This document shows positions 51,431 through 61,619 of a stretch of 64,000 nt of DNA, one piece after another. The first letter of the stretch is position 1, and every line of letters starts with the position of its first letter. This stretch comes from a virus (lineage: Duplodnaviria; Caudoviricetes): positions 64,001-128,000 of the IMG/VR virus record IMGVR_UViG_3300037851_000141, one strand, 5' to 3'. The translations under genes were made by a program, and so were the position numbers. The notes beneath the pieces are model-generated. The model saw nothing but the letters and a program-made list of their open reading frames with translations, was not told the DNA's origin and made no database searches.

Positions 51431-53674
51431 ATGTCAATTAAAGCTTTACAAGAATATACTCGTTATGCTAAGTATGCCAAATATCTCCCAGAAAAAAAGA
51501 GAAGAGAAACTTGGGAAGAACAGATTAATAGAGTATTTGACATGCACGAACAACATCTTGGAAAAAAAATAAATGAGATTCGTGATGATTTTAACTTCGC
51601 AAAAGAAATGGTATTAAAACGAAGAGTATTAGGTTCTCAAAGAGCATTACAATTTGGTGGTAAAGCTATATTGGATAAGAATGCCAGACTTTACAACTGT
51701 TCATCATCTTATATTGATAGACCTCGCGCATTTCAAGAATCATTATATCTGTTGCTATGTGGTGTTGGTGTTGGATTTAGTGTCCAATATCACCACGTAA
51801 ATAAACTCCCAAATATAAAAAAGAGAACAACTAAAGAAAAAACATTTATAATACCAGATACTATTGAGGGTTGGGCTGATGCTTTAGGTATATTAGTATC
51901 AAGTTATTTTGAGACTTGTGATTTATTTACAGAATACAATGGTAAAAAAGTTATATTTGATTATTCATCAATTAGACCGAAGGGAGCTAAGTTAAGTTGG
52001 GGTGGTAAGGCTCCAGGTCCATTAGGGTTAAAAACTTCATTAGAAAAGATTGAGCAGTTATTTGATCGTTGCTTAACTGAATCAAAAAATAAACTTGAAA
52101 CTATAGATGTATATGATATTCTCATGCACGCCTCCGATGCGGTGTTATCTGGCGGTGTTCGTAGATCAGCAACTATTTGTATTTTCTCTCCTAATGATGA
52201 AAAAATGGCTAAAGCTAAAATAGGGGATTGGTTCAAAACAAACCCTCAACGTGGAAGATCAAATAACTCTGCTTTACTGATAAGAAACGAAACAACCAAA
52301 GAACAATTTTCTGAAATAATGAAAAGTGTAAAGGATTTTGGAGAGCCTGGATTTGTTTGGGCAGATGATAAGGAAATTCTATTCAACCCATGTGTAGAAG
52401 TGGGTATGTATGCTAAAGACGAAAATGGCAATAGTGGTTGGGAATTCTGTAATCTTTGCGAGATAAATGTTAAGAAATGTAAAGATGAGAATGATTTTTA
52501 TGATGCTTGTCGTGCTGCTTCTATTTTAGGTACAATTCAAGCATCTTATTCATCATTCCCTTATCTTGGTGAAATAACCGAAAGAATAGTCAAAAAAGAG
52601 GCATTACTTGGTGTATCTATGACTGGCGTTATGGATAAACCAGAAATAGCATTAAATGAAAAGATACAAAAAAATGGAGCAAATACAGTAAGGAAGATAA
52701 ATAAAGAAATAGCAAACAAGATTGGTATTAATCAAGCCGCAAGAACTACCTGTTTGAAGCCAGCCGGTTCAACTTCATGCTTATTGGGAACATCGTCCGG
52801 TATTCACCCTGGCCATGCGAAGAGATACTTACGTAGAGTTCAAGCAAATAAGATTGAATATCCAGTTAATTATTTTAAGATGTTTAATCCATTAGCTGTA
52901 GAAGAATCAGTCTGGTCAACCAATAAGACAGATTTGGTTATTACGTTTGTTTGCGAAGTTCCAGACGGCGCTATTGTTAAGAATATGGTTAGTGCTATTG
53001 ATTTATTGAAAAACGTAAAATTGACTCAGCAAAATTGGGTTGAATATGGAACAAATGAAAGTTTAAGTTCTTTACCATCACTTCGTCATAATGTTTCTAA
53101 TACAATAACTGTTAAACCTGATGAATGGGAAGAAGTAACAGAGTTTATATACGCGAACAGGTCATCATTTGCCGGAATTTCATTATTACCATCATCTGGA
53201 GATTTAGATTATCCTCAAGCTCCATTTACAACCATTCATACTCCAGCCGAAATTGTTAAAATGTATGGAGATGGTTCACTTATGGCATCTGGACTTATTG
53301 TTGATGGATTAAGAGTGTTTGATAATAACTTATGGTTAGCTTGTGATACCGTTCTTGGAATTGGAGATGTGTTGGAATTGACAGATGAACAGAAAAAACT
53401 AAAAAATGGACAATTAAAGAAGATTGTTGACATGCTGGAACAAAAAGATGATTGGGTTCGTCGTGCTAAACAGTTTGCTACTCGTTATTTTGAAGGTGAT
53501 ATTAAAAAAATGACACATTGTCTTAAAGAAGTTCATAATTGGAAATACTTCTGTGATCTAAAGCGGGAATACATGGATGTGGATTGGTCCTTGGCAGTAG
53601 AAGATGAATATAATATAGATACCACTAAACTTGCTGGTGAAGCTTGTTCCGGTGGCCAATGTGAAATGAAATAG
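51431..53674 (+). CDS. nrdJ: Class II (adenosylcobalamin-dependent), monomeric-type ribonucleotide reductase
   Basis: 'LGSQRALQFGG', 'LYNCS', 'GGVRRSATI', 'NPCVE...FCNLCEIN', 'TCLKPAGSTS', 'HNVSNTIT', C-terminal 'ACSGGQCE'; no small subunit gene adjacent. Confidence 0.88.
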   Translation: MSIKALQEYTRYAKYAKYLPEKKRRETWEEQINRVFDMHEQHLGKKINEIRDDFNFAKEMVLKRRVLGSQRALQFGGKAILDKNARLYNCSSSYIDRPRAFQESLYLLLCGVGVGFSVQYHHVNKLPNIKKRTTKEKTFIIPDTIEGWADALGILVSSYFETCDLFTEYNGKKVIFDYSSIRPKGAKLSWGGKAPGPLGLKTSLEKIEQLFDRCLTESKNKLETIDVYDILMHASDAVLSGGVRRSATICIFSPNDEKMAKAKIGDWFKTNPQRGRSNNSALLIRNETTKEQFSEIMKSVKDFGEPGFVWADDKEILFNPCVEVGMYAKDENGNSGWEFCNLCEINVKKCKDENDFYDACRAASILGTIQASYSSFPYLGEITERIVKKEALLGVSMTGVMDKPEIALNEKIQKNGANTVRKINKEIANKIGINQAARTTCLKPAGSTSCLLGTSSGIHPGHAKRYLRRVQANKIEYPVNYFKMFNPLAVEESVWSTNKTDLVITFVCEVPDGAIVKNMVSAIDLLKNVKLTQQNWVEYGTNESLSSLPSLRHNVSNTITVKPDEWEEVTEFIYANRSSFAGISLLPSSGDLDYPQAPFTTIHTPAEIVKMYGDGSLMASGLIVDGLRVFDNNLWLACDTVLGIGDVLELTDEQKKLKNGQLKKIVDMLEQKDDWVRRAKQFATRYFEGDIKKMTHCLKEVHNWKYFCDLKREYMDVDWSLAVEDEYNIDTTKLAGEACSGGQCEMK

Positions 53675-53675
53675 A

Positions 53676-53683
53676 TATAAATA
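53676..53683 (+). promoter_or_regulatory. T4-type late promoter for patatin
   Basis: Exact TATAAATA in the 28-nt gap after the nrdJ stop, 20 nt before ATG 53703. Confidence 0.65.
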
Positions 53684-53702
53684 GAATAAAAAGGAATAAC
53701 AT

Positions 53703-54569
53703 ATGAAAATACTCGCTCTCTCTGGTGGTGGTACTTCTGGTTATAGAACCGCCCAATTTCTCCATTTATTAGAACAATATACTAATACACCATGTTGGAC
53801 GATGTTTGATATGGTTGTTGGTTTATCTGCCGGATCTATAAATGCTGGAATGATAGCCAAAAAAACACCAGCAAAATATGTAGCAGACCAGTTTAGAATT
53901 TTCTGTCCTAAAATGTTTGGGAATCCGAGAAATATATTTAGTAGATTATTTTGGAAATCACAGTTTGATAATGCCGAGTTAATACGACTAACGCGAGAAA
54001 ATATGGACTTTGATGTTTCTGAAAGTGCTGTTAAGACTATGATTTATGCTCTGGCGATTTCTGGTACTGATACTATTAAGCCTAAACACTGGAAGTCTTG
54101 GACTGATTCAGGTGTAAAAATGTATGATATTGTAATGGCAAGTTCGTCAGCCCCATCTATGTTTCCTCCATATGATATAACCATAAATAATCAAACTATA
54201 ACATATACAGATGGTGGTTTAATCAGCAATAATCCATCAATGGCGGCATTAACAGAGGCAATAAAACTAAAGACTGATATAAAGGATATACATATAATAA
54301 ATGTTGGTAATGGTAGTATGCCTTCAATTCAACATGGTAAATTTACTTCTTTGTTTGATGTTGCTACTAAATTAGGTAATGTATGTATTCCAGCAGCAGA
54401 AGCATCAACTGAATATCAATGTAATCAAATAATAGGTAATAACTTGCTTGTAGTTCGTCCACCAAAGTATATTCCATCAACTAAATTAGCGTTTGATGAA
54501 ATGGATGAACAAGCCAAGATGATGTGGGATCTTTATAAGCCTGCTGTTATGGATGTTTTAGCCAAATAA
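53703..54569 (+). CDS. Patatin-like phospholipase
   Basis: Oxyanion motif 'LSGGGTSG', nucleophile 'GLSAG' (GxSxG), 'ASSSAPSMFPP', catalytic 'DGG'. Confidence 0.92.
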   Translation: MKILALSGGGTSGYRTAQFLHLLEQYTNTPCWTMFDMVVGLSAGSINAGMIAKKTPAKYVADQFRIFCPKMFGNPRNIFSRLFWKSQFDNAELIRLTRENMDFDVSESAVKTMIYALAISGTDTIKPKHWKSWTDSGVKMYDIVMASSSAPSMFPPYDITINNQTITYTDGGLISNNPSMAALTEAIKLKTDIKDIHIINVGNGSMPSIQHGKFTSLFDVATKLGNVCIPAAEASTEYQCNQIIGNNLLVVRPPKYIPSTKLAFDEMDEQAKMMWDLYKPAVMDVLAK

Positions 54570-55274
54570 TTACATTTCGTAGAGTTTAACGTTATCTGCT
54601 TGCTGGGTAAACTTTTTAATAAGTTGCCCAGCAATTGCGTTAGCAGAGTCTTCAATTTCTCCACCAATGTTCTGTACTGGCCCTTTTATTTGATTTGTTA
54701 TATTTTGATTATGGTGTACAAGTTCATGTGCCAACGATCTACAAATATCAGCTAAAGCTCTGTTTTTACCATATACTGTTACTTTTTTGGTTTCAGGACT
54801 ATATGAAGCTGTTGTCATATTGCCATTTCGTACTGATGTTATATGTATTTCAGGTATATCATTCCATTCAAAATGTTGAGCTATAAAAGATAAGAAGTTT
54901 CTGAACATATCTTTTTTATCATCATCAAAGTTAAGGTCAGAATCAATCTTTACTGCGGTATTCATCATTTCTTCTTGAATTACTCTTTCAGGTCGATTCA
55001 TAGTAATCCAACCGAGAGTGTCTTCTTTTATTAATCTTTTTTCTAATTTATTGCCAGTAAATACGTCAATCCATATATGTTTATTTTTTATGATTAAACT
55101 GTTCGCGTCTTTTAGGCAGTTTGATTCACACAAATATTCCCCAAGTGTTTTATTACCCAATGTTCTTATTTGATATTTTACTTGTGTTTTTTCTGGAATC
55201 TCTGAATTTTGTATTTCTTCTGATAAGAATTGAGCGAATCTCTTTTTATAATCTATTTGTTCTGGAATTTTCAT
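54570..55274 (-). CDS. HEXXH-motif hypothetical protein (separate family)
   Basis: 'TTASY', 'RSLAHELVHHNQ', 'EIEDSANAIAG'. Confidence 0.65.
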   Translation of the reverse strand: MKIPEQIDYKKRFAQFLSEEIQNSEIPEKTQVKYQIRTLGNKTLGEYLCESNCLKDANSLIIKNKHIWIDVFTGNKLEKRLIKEDTLGWITMNRPERVIQEEMMNTAVKIDSDLNFDDDKKDMFRNFLSFIAQHFEWNDIPEIHITSVRNGNMTTASYSPETKKVTVYGKNRALADICRSLAHELVHHNQNITNQIKGPVQNIGGEIEDSANAIAGQLIKKFTQQADNVKLYEM

Positions 55275-55528
55275 TCTCCACCACCTTCTCCAGCAGCACC
55301 ATCAGCAGAATCATTGCCGGCATCACTAAACATTTGTCCGAATAAATATCCACCCCAACCTCTTTTTGTTTTATGTATTTTCTTTTTCTTTTTACCTTCT
55401 TCTAATTCTTGTTCCGTAAAGTCTGGTTTATGTAAGTCTTGTGCCTGTTTGACTTTAGAATCATGTATTTCGTCTTCTGATTGAAATATTTCTTTGATTT
55501 TTAGTTTCAGCTTATCGTTGGGTTTCAT
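55271..55528 (-). CDS. Small hypothetical late protein (85 aa)
   Basis: Intact ORF; TATAAATA at 55545-55552 upstream; Lys-rich 'KKKKKIHKTKRGWGGY' then a Gly/acidic tail. Confidence 0.6.
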   Translation of the reverse strand: MKPNDKLKLKIKEIFQSEDEIHDSKVKQAQDLHKPDFTEQELEEGKKKKKIHKTKRGWGGYLFGQMFSDAGNDSADGAAGEGGGE

Positions 55529-55559
55529 AGATTTACCTCATCGTTATTTATACGTTTTA

Positions 55560-57335
55560 TTAATCTATTATTTTGGTAAATCCATTTTCTTTTTTGACTT
55601 TAACTATTTTATCAAAGTCATCGTAGCTTATTTCGGATTTATGAGTAATTATATAGGTACACATATTAGGATATTCTCGTTTGAAGTCTATTTTTAGGTA
55701 TTCCATAAGATGATTGATTCCATTAGCGCACATAGAAGAGTCAAGAACTTCATCAAGAATAAGAACATTACAATCAACTGAATTTCTCATGCGTGATATA
55801 TCCAGAATAGTAAATAACCAAGCAACATCTATTCTCTTTTGTTCGCCAGCAGAGAAGTTTTCATATACCATTTCATCTCTGTGTTTTGATTTAAGTGTTT
55901 CATTCAGTTCGCCATCAAATTTAATAGTATAAGTTGCTCTCATCGTAGCCAAGTGTTTATTCATTTTTTGATTTAGGTGAGGTAATATCTTTTTAATCGT
56001 AAAGTTTTTAATACCTTTATCACCTAATATATCTCTCATAGTTTCGCACATGATAAACTTTTTACGAGCGACGTTGTATGATTCTTTACGAAGTTCTATA
56101 TTGGCTTTATCTTTTAGTAATGATTCTTTTGATATTACGTTATTTGCTGAGAATGTTGATTGTTCGGTTTCTTTTAGGCTTTGTTGGAGGTTATGTATTT
56201 CAGTTTCTTTTCGGTGTATATTATTGTTTAAGGTGTTTATTAAGGATTCTGATGATTCTATTTTCTGTAATTTCTGAGTTATTTCTGACAGTTTGGTATT
56301 ACATTCAACGAGTTTAGCTTCGTATTTATTGATAGAATCTTGGAGTGTTGATATTTCGGTTTTTATTTCTGATATATGTGATTGTACGTGTTCGCTTGTA
56401 GTAGGTGTTCCGCATTCTTTACAGATAGGATTGCGTTCTATATTTGTTATTTTTCTTTCTTTTTGTTGAACGTCGGATTTAGCTGATGAAATTTTGGATC
56501 TTATGTTGGATTGTATTTCTAAGAGTTTATATTTAGCTTCGGTTATTTTAGTTTTAGTTTCTTTATTTATTTCTGGAGGAAGTTTAGATGATAAATCTGA
56601 GAGTTCAGTTTCTTTGGATTGTATTTTTATTTTTAAGTCTTCGATTTTTTGTTGTTTAGTTTGTTCAAAGGTCTTTTGTAGTTCTTGTATTTTTTTATAA
56701 GTTTCTATTTTATCTTTATATGCTTTTATGGATGTTTGTATTTCAGTCTCAAAGTTTCTTATTTCGGATTTTAATTCGTTGTATTCTTTTTTCGTCTTCT
56801 CATACATTCTACCGTAAATAGAGAGATTCATGATTTGTTCAAGGAATTCTCTTTTTTCTGCCTTCTCCATTCTAAAAAAAGGTTTGGAGTAGTTGATATT
56901 AAGTGTTATGAGATTGATGAAACTTTTATAACTTAATCCTAAAAGATTGTTGATATCGTCTTGAGTTGATTTTTTAGATGCTTTTTCTTTTTCTTTATCT
57001 TCGCTCTCGTTTATAAGATGTAGATAATCAGGTTTAATGCCTCTTTCTATTCTATAAACGGTATCTTTGATGCGAAAACGAACAGTTACTTGACATTCTC
57101 GTTCATTTATGGCATTGATAATTTGGTCTTTATTTAGTTTTCTTATTGTCTTGCCATATAAAGCGAAACAAAGAACTTCTGCTCCTATTGATGATTTACC
57201 GCTTCCATTACTGGTACTATGCCCTATAACTTGACCAGTGATTGCGTTAAGTCCGCGAGAGTATTCTAATTTAACAGCCTGAGAACCTATTGATAGAAAA
57301 TTCTTAGCTGAAACGTCAATAAATTCAAGTTTCAT
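55560..57335 (-). CDS. gp46: Recombination endonuclease ATPase subunit (Rad50/SbcC-like), gp46
   Basis: Walker A 'NGSGKSS', zinc hook 'CKEC', signature 'FSAGEQKR', Walker B 'LILDEVLD', coiled coil. Confidence 0.95.
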   Translation of the reverse strand: MKLEFIDVSAKNFLSIGSQAVKLEYSRGLNAITGQVIGHSTSNGSGKSSIGAEVLCFALYGKTIRKLNKDQIINAINERECQVTVRFRIKDTVYRIERGIKPDYLHLINESEDKEKEKASKKSTQDDINNLLGLSYKSFINLITLNINYSKPFFRMEKAEKREFLEQIMNLSIYGRMYEKTKKEYNELKSEIRNFETEIQTSIKAYKDKIETYKKIQELQKTFEQTKQQKIEDLKIKIQSKETELSDLSSKLPPEINKETKTKITEAKYKLLEIQSNIRSKISSAKSDVQQKERKITNIERNPICKECGTPTTSEHVQSHISEIKTEISTLQDSINKYEAKLVECNTKLSEITQKLQKIESSESLINTLNNNIHRKETEIHNLQQSLKETEQSTFSANNVISKESLLKDKANIELRKESYNVARKKFIMCETMRDILGDKGIKNFTIKKILPHLNQKMNKHLATMRATYTIKFDGELNETLKSKHRDEMVYENFSAGEQKRIDVAWLFTILDISRMRNSVDCNVLILDEVLDSSMCANGINHLMEYLKIDFKREYPNMCTYIITHKSEISYDDFDKIVKVKKENGFTKIID

Positions 57336-58399
57336 TCTTCAGTCTCCTTCAAGCATTCTTCATATAAACTGTTCGCGTAAAGTTTCAATTCATCTTTAGA
57401 TACTTTTAGGTCTGGTTGTTGATCTACATACTCACACATAATAGACAGTTCGTTGCCTTCAAATTCGCTAAGTTCTATATTCTCATTATCAAGTTCTACA
57501 CCTTCGACTTCATCTATTGTTGAATATTCTAATGGTTTTTGAGATTCTATTAATGTTAGTAAATCAAGTCGTTTATTATCATCAATTGGTGTATCTATGA
57601 ATAACTTAATCCAATTATTATGTATATTTTTTATGAGTTCTTTATCTTTTGTCAATTCCGATAGTTTAAGTTTTATATGTTTTGGACTCCAGGTATTTTC
57701 TATAAACTTAACAGAGTCATCGGAAGAATCAAAAATATAAACACCTTTTTTATCTCCACATTCTCCCCAAGTCAACTCATAAGGGCTTCCGCAATATTGG
57801 ACGTTTTCTTTTCTCTGACCGTTATGAAAATGCCCAGAGAATACCTTTTTATAATTCTTGAAACTATCTATCTTAAGTCCGAAATCGCACGTAACACCTT
57901 CAATCACATCAAACGTGTTAACTTCAAAATGTCCTAAACATAAATCATAAATTTTTATTCCCTCGGCTATCTCATTAAATCTCTTAAGTTCATCACTTTC
58001 AGGACATAACCAAGGGAAGGCTATAACAGATTTATTCCCTATTTTATATTCTGATACAGTTTTGATTATTTCAATTCTCTCATTATAATCAATAAACATA
58101 TTTAATGATGAAATTTGTAAACTATTTTTATAGAATATGTCATGGTTGCCCGCTATTATCTTTATTTGTAGATTTGGTACACTCAGCAATATATCTAAAA
58201 TGTTATAAGCTTTTTGTTTGCCGTATATATGTAAGTGTTGTCTATCATCAAACAAATCACCAAGAATCCATAGTACATCGATATTTTCAGATATACATAT
58301 GTTTTTTATTTCCTGGAAGAACTTGAGAATGATATCGTAGAAAAGTTGGGATTCTTTTCTTGCTCCAATATGTATGTCGCCAGTGAGTAGATATTTCAT
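57332..58399 (-). CDS. gp47: Recombination endonuclease nuclease subunit (Mre11/SbcD-like), gp47
   Basis: Phosphoesterase motifs 'GDIHIG', 'GDLFD', 'GNHD', 'GHF', 'SGHFH'. Confidence 0.95.
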   Translation of the reverse strand: MKYLLTGDIHIGARKESQLFYDIILKFFQEIKNICISENIDVLWILGDLFDDRQHLHIYGKQKAYNILDILLSVPNLQIKIIAGNHDIFYKNSLQISSLNMFIDYNERIEIIKTVSEYKIGNKSVIAFPWLCPESDELKRFNEIAEGIKIYDLCLGHFEVNTFDVIEGVTCDFGLKIDSFKNYKKVFSGHFHNGQRKENVQYCGSPYELTWGECGDKKGVYIFDSSDDSVKFIENTWSPKHIKLKLSELTKDKELIKNIHNNWIKLFIDTPIDDNKRLDLLTLIESQKPLEYSTIDEVEGVELDNENIELSEFEGNELSIMCEYVDQQPDLKVSKDELKLYANSLYEECLKETEE

Positions 58400-58438
58400 C
58401 CATCCATTATAGCTATTTACATATCAAAATCAAGAAAA

Positions 58439-59083
58439 TTAGCCCAATAAACGATCATCTTTTTTATGATAATCTAAATTTTTTAAGTAATCTTCGACAT
58501 ATTGTTTTTTAGCTTCGCTCTTTTTCTTTTCTTTTTTGATAACTTGAATAAATGCGTTTTTAACAATTTCTGTACAATAAGCGAATGCGTTATTACTTTT
58601 TTCTGGATTAAATGACCGACTATATTTAAGTAAAAAGAACGTAGCTCTGGACTTCATTTCTTCAAGATAGGTGTATCCAGAATAGCATGGTTTGGTTGCG
58701 TAGTTTTCAATAAGGTCAAGGAACATTTCACCAAGTCGTTCCGTTGCTCTGCCATTACAAGGTCGTTTAAACACATTATCATATTCAGCTTTTTTATCTT
58801 TTAGTTTATTTTTTAAGTCAGTTAATGTATTTTCTCTTGGTCGTTTTAGTTGTTGATATTCTTCAAGTTCATTCTTAAGAGAAACGATTTCTTCTTTTAT
58901 TTTTTTAAGTTCTTCTTTCTTTTGTTCTTTTTCAACTTCAACGGTAGCTTTGAATGCTTGAAGTTCTTTTATTAGTTCGGCATTGTTTACGTGCTGTCTC
59001 TTTATTATCTTTATTTTACCTTTACCACGTTTACGATTTTTTAGTTCTTTATTATTCTGAAAAAGAGACTTGTCTGTAAACAT
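58439..59083 (-). CDS. gp55: Late transcription sigma factor, T4 gp55-like
   Basis: 'HVNNAELI', 'LGEMFLDLIENYATKP.YSGYTYLEEM', 'FNPEKSNNAFAYCTEIVKNAFIQVIKKEKK'; adjacent to gp47/gp46 as in T4. Confidence 0.92.
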   Translation of the reverse strand: MFTDKSLFQNNKELKNRKRGKGKIKIIKRQHVNNAELIKELQAFKATVEVEKEQKKEELKKIKEEIVSLKNELEEYQQLKRPRENTLTDLKNKLKDKKAEYDNVFKRPCNGRATERLGEMFLDLIENYATKPCYSGYTYLEEMKSRATFFLLKYSRSFNPEKSNNAFAYCTEIVKNAFIQVIKKEKKKSEAKKQYVEDYLKNLDYHKKDDRLLG

Positions 59084-59106
59084 TTATTGCTCCTTTGGAT
59101 GTGCCT

Positions 59107-59114
59107 TATTTATA
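59107..59114 (-). promoter_or_regulatory. TATAAATA late-promoter motif upstream of gp55 itself
   Basis: Exact motif 24 nt upstream of ATG 59083. Confidence 0.5.
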
Positions 59115-59186
59115 TATTTTATCATGGGATAGTATTTTTTATTCTCATATGATATAATAAACGTCTACAACTAAAGGATTTGTACT

Positions 59187-60230
59187 ATGTCAATTCAGCC
59201 AATGATAAATATGACTTGTTTCCCATCAGATAAGAATGGATGTGGATTCTATCGTACTCTTATTCCTCTTGGTTATTGTTCTACCGAATATAACTGGAAT
59301 GTATCTTATTTGTATCAATTCGTTTTTGACTTAAACCTTATTCGCAGTTGTAATTATGTTCGGTTTCAACGTCAATGTACCGAAAATCAAAAAAGATGTG
59401 TAATTGAATATAAGAGATGTATTGAAGGAACAAAATCAAATACTAAAATTGTTTATGAATTAGATGATATTGTCCATGGAATAGAACCACATAATATAGC
59501 AGCATATCAATTTTATACACCAGTACGTCGTCAAAATGTTCTGGATTTGATGAGAATGTCAAATGCGGTTACTTTTAGTACTAAATTTCTTAAACATTTT
59601 TATGAGCGCGAATTTAATATAAAAAATTCTGTTGTTATTCCAAATTATTTACCTAAGTTCTTGTGGAATCCAGATCAAACTGTAGATAAGCGACCACATA
59701 AAGCCAAGCCTGTAATCATGTGGGCAGGTTCAGCATCACACGTAGGTCCAGGTGGTGATCTTGAATTCCTTATTCCTATGATTGAATCAACTGTAGATGA
59801 ATTTGAGTGGCTTTTCGTAGGATGCTTACCGCCATGTCTCAATCATTATCGGGATCGTGGTAAAGTATCATTTATTGATTGGGTTGGTTTTTGGAAGTAT
59901 CCAGCCCTCATGCAGTCCATAAGAGCCGATATTGCTATTGCTCCAATTCGGGATTCACTATTCAATTATGCTAAATCTGATCTTAAATATATAGAATACT
60001 CAGCTATGGGAATTCCTTCTATATGCTCAAGTATTGGTAATAAAATAGGACCATACGACCAGACAAACGCCAATCTTACCGAAAATGACCCCGATTCCTG
60101 GTATCAAGCTATAAAAGACCTACTCAATAATGAAGATAAATATTATGAAACGATTAATAAACAATATGATTTCGTAAATAAACGCTGGCTTGAGGATAAT
60201 ACTGGAGATTACAAGAGAGTTTTCGCTTGA
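59187..60230 (+). CDS. GT-B (GT4-like) glycosyltransferase
   Basis: 'GCGFYRTLIP', 'VYELDD', 'SNAVTFST', 'IMWAGSASH', 'DIAIAPI...FNYAKSDLKYIEYSAMGIPSICS'. Confidence 0.85.
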   Translation: MSIQPMINMTCFPSDKNGCGFYRTLIPLGYCSTEYNWNVSYLYQFVFDLNLIRSCNYVRFQRQCTENQKRCVIEYKRCIEGTKSNTKIVYELDDIVHGIEPHNIAAYQFYTPVRRQNVLDLMRMSNAVTFSTKFLKHFYEREFNIKNSVVIPNYLPKFLWNPDQTVDKRPHKAKPVIMWAGSASHVGPGGDLEFLIPMIESTVDEFEWLFVGCLPPCLNHYRDRGKVSFIDWVGFWKYPALMQSIRADIAIAPIRDSLFNYAKSDLKYIEYSAMGIPSICSSIGNKIGPYDQTNANLTENDPDSWYQAIKDLLNNEDKYYETINKQYDFVNKRWLEDNTGDYKRVFA

Positions 60231-60280
60231 TTTAATTTTATTCTAAATTATAATTGATACAAGGAATAAATAAATGAAAT

Positions 60281-60592
60281 ATGGAACTTATACTCCACCC
60301 GGCGATTGCGTTTTTTCAGTTGAGTTTGTCCTTTATTTTACTTGGGATTTCTAAAATAAAAACTCATATTGATTGGGTTGCGATGGTGAGTGGAGTTGCT
60401 GGTTCATTTTTAGTAGCAACATCATCTGAAAAAATAAGGCTACTTGGTTTTATTTTATTCTTAACTGGTAATATTCTCTGGATGATTTTTAGTTTCAGAG
60501 ATAAGAAGTTAAGAGCTATATTTGTATTAAATGCTTTTTATTTTTTGAGTTCTGCTTTAGGAATTTACTCAAATATTTTTTGGATTTTTTAG
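60281..60592 (+). CDS. Small integral membrane protein
   Basis: About four hydrophobic helices in 103 aa. Confidence 0.55.
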   Translation: MELILHPAIAFFQLSLSFILLGISKIKTHIDWVAMVSGVAGSFLVATSSEKIRLLGFILFLTGNILWMIFSFRDKKLRAIFVLNAFYFLSSALGIYSNIFWIF

Positions 60593-60614
60593 CTTGATGT
60601 CGGTCTAAATACTC

Positions 60615-60914
60615 TTGTTATGGGGGTTGAATATGAGTTATTTCAAGTTGCCTAAAGGCTGGACCGAACATGATTGTAATAAGGCTATAGATAATTTACT
60701 CAATAGCGGAATGAAACAACTTGGTTATGAAGATTATGAAAAATCATCCAAGTCATTTCTAAAAATTGCTCAGATAATTCGTTCTCTTCCAGAATTGCGT
60801 AGAAGAAAAATATTAGAAGAAAAAAGAATACACGATGAACAAAGACTGATGAAACAACGAGGAATAACCAGAGAAGAGTACTTAAAAGAAATGCTTGAAA
60901 AAAAGACTGCCTGA
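60615..60914 (+). CDS. Hypothetical protein (99 aa; true start may be 60633)
   Basis: Intact ORF in a plus-strand gene run. Confidence 0.5.
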   Translation: MLWGLNMSYFKLPKGWTEHDCNKAIDNLLNSGMKQLGYEDYEKSSKSFLKIAQIIRSLPELRRRKILEEKRIHDEQRLMKQRGITREEYLKEMLEKKTA

Positions 60915-60927
60915 TATATAATAGTAC

Positions 60928-61581
60928 ATGGTAGTTGAGATTCAAGATAATAAAAGAGAAAATGAACTCATAAATCTGTTCAATCTCACCAAGACAAATT
61001 ATAATCGTATTGGTATAGATGCTAAACTTAAAGTAGGCAAGAAAAATTTTGATTTTGAGATTAAGTCTACGACAACTGGTATAGTTTCTACTGCTTCTCC
61101 ATTAACGCTCGAACATGTAAAAAAATGGAGAACTCGTCATTGGATAATCGGCATCTATAATAAACAAGCAGAAATCCAACATTGCTATTACGGTTCTCCT
61201 GATAAGATGACAGAATGGTTGGATTATTGGGAAAATGATATTGGGCGCGGCATAACAATATCAGATATGCTTGTTGAACGAATTGATTATGAGATGTTAT
61301 TTAGAATCTTCGGAGAAAAATCAATATATACGTTAAACGATGCTAAACCTGTATTCCGAGCATTATATACCTCAGAAAAATATAAGAGTTTGATGGATAG
61401 AAAAAATGGTTATTCCGCACAAAGAATGCTTCAGATGTTCAAAGACCATAATAAAACGTATCTTTATCGTGGTTCTGGCGTAAATAATCCTAAAATAAGA
61501 AAACCAGTATATGAAAATTGGATTAAAATAACTTCCAACTATTCAGCTACCTTAAGAAAAATATTGCGTAATCAAAAATAG
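60928..61581 (+). CDS. PD-(D/E)XK nuclease-like protein (restriction endonuclease-like)
   Basis: 'GIDAKL...FDFEIKST' fits the D...(D/E)XK catalytic pattern. Confidence 0.5.
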   Translation: MVVEIQDNKRENELINLFNLTKTNYNRIGIDAKLKVGKKNFDFEIKSTTTGIVSTASPLTLEHVKKWRTRHWIIGIYNKQAEIQHCYYGSPDKMTEWLDYWENDIGRGITISDMLVERIDYEMLFRIFGEKSIYTLNDAKPVFRALYTSEKYKSLMDRKNGYSAQRMLQMFKDHNKTYLYRGSGVNNPKIRKPVYENWIKITSNYSATLRKILRNQK

Positions 61582-61619
61582 TCGCTATAATTGTTCCACC
61601 TAAACAAAAGGAGACTCAC

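Noticed and set aside
60281-60592. Holin call for the small membrane protein
   Set aside because: It sits among replication and modification genes with no adjacent endolysin or late promoter; hydrophobicity alone is insufficient.
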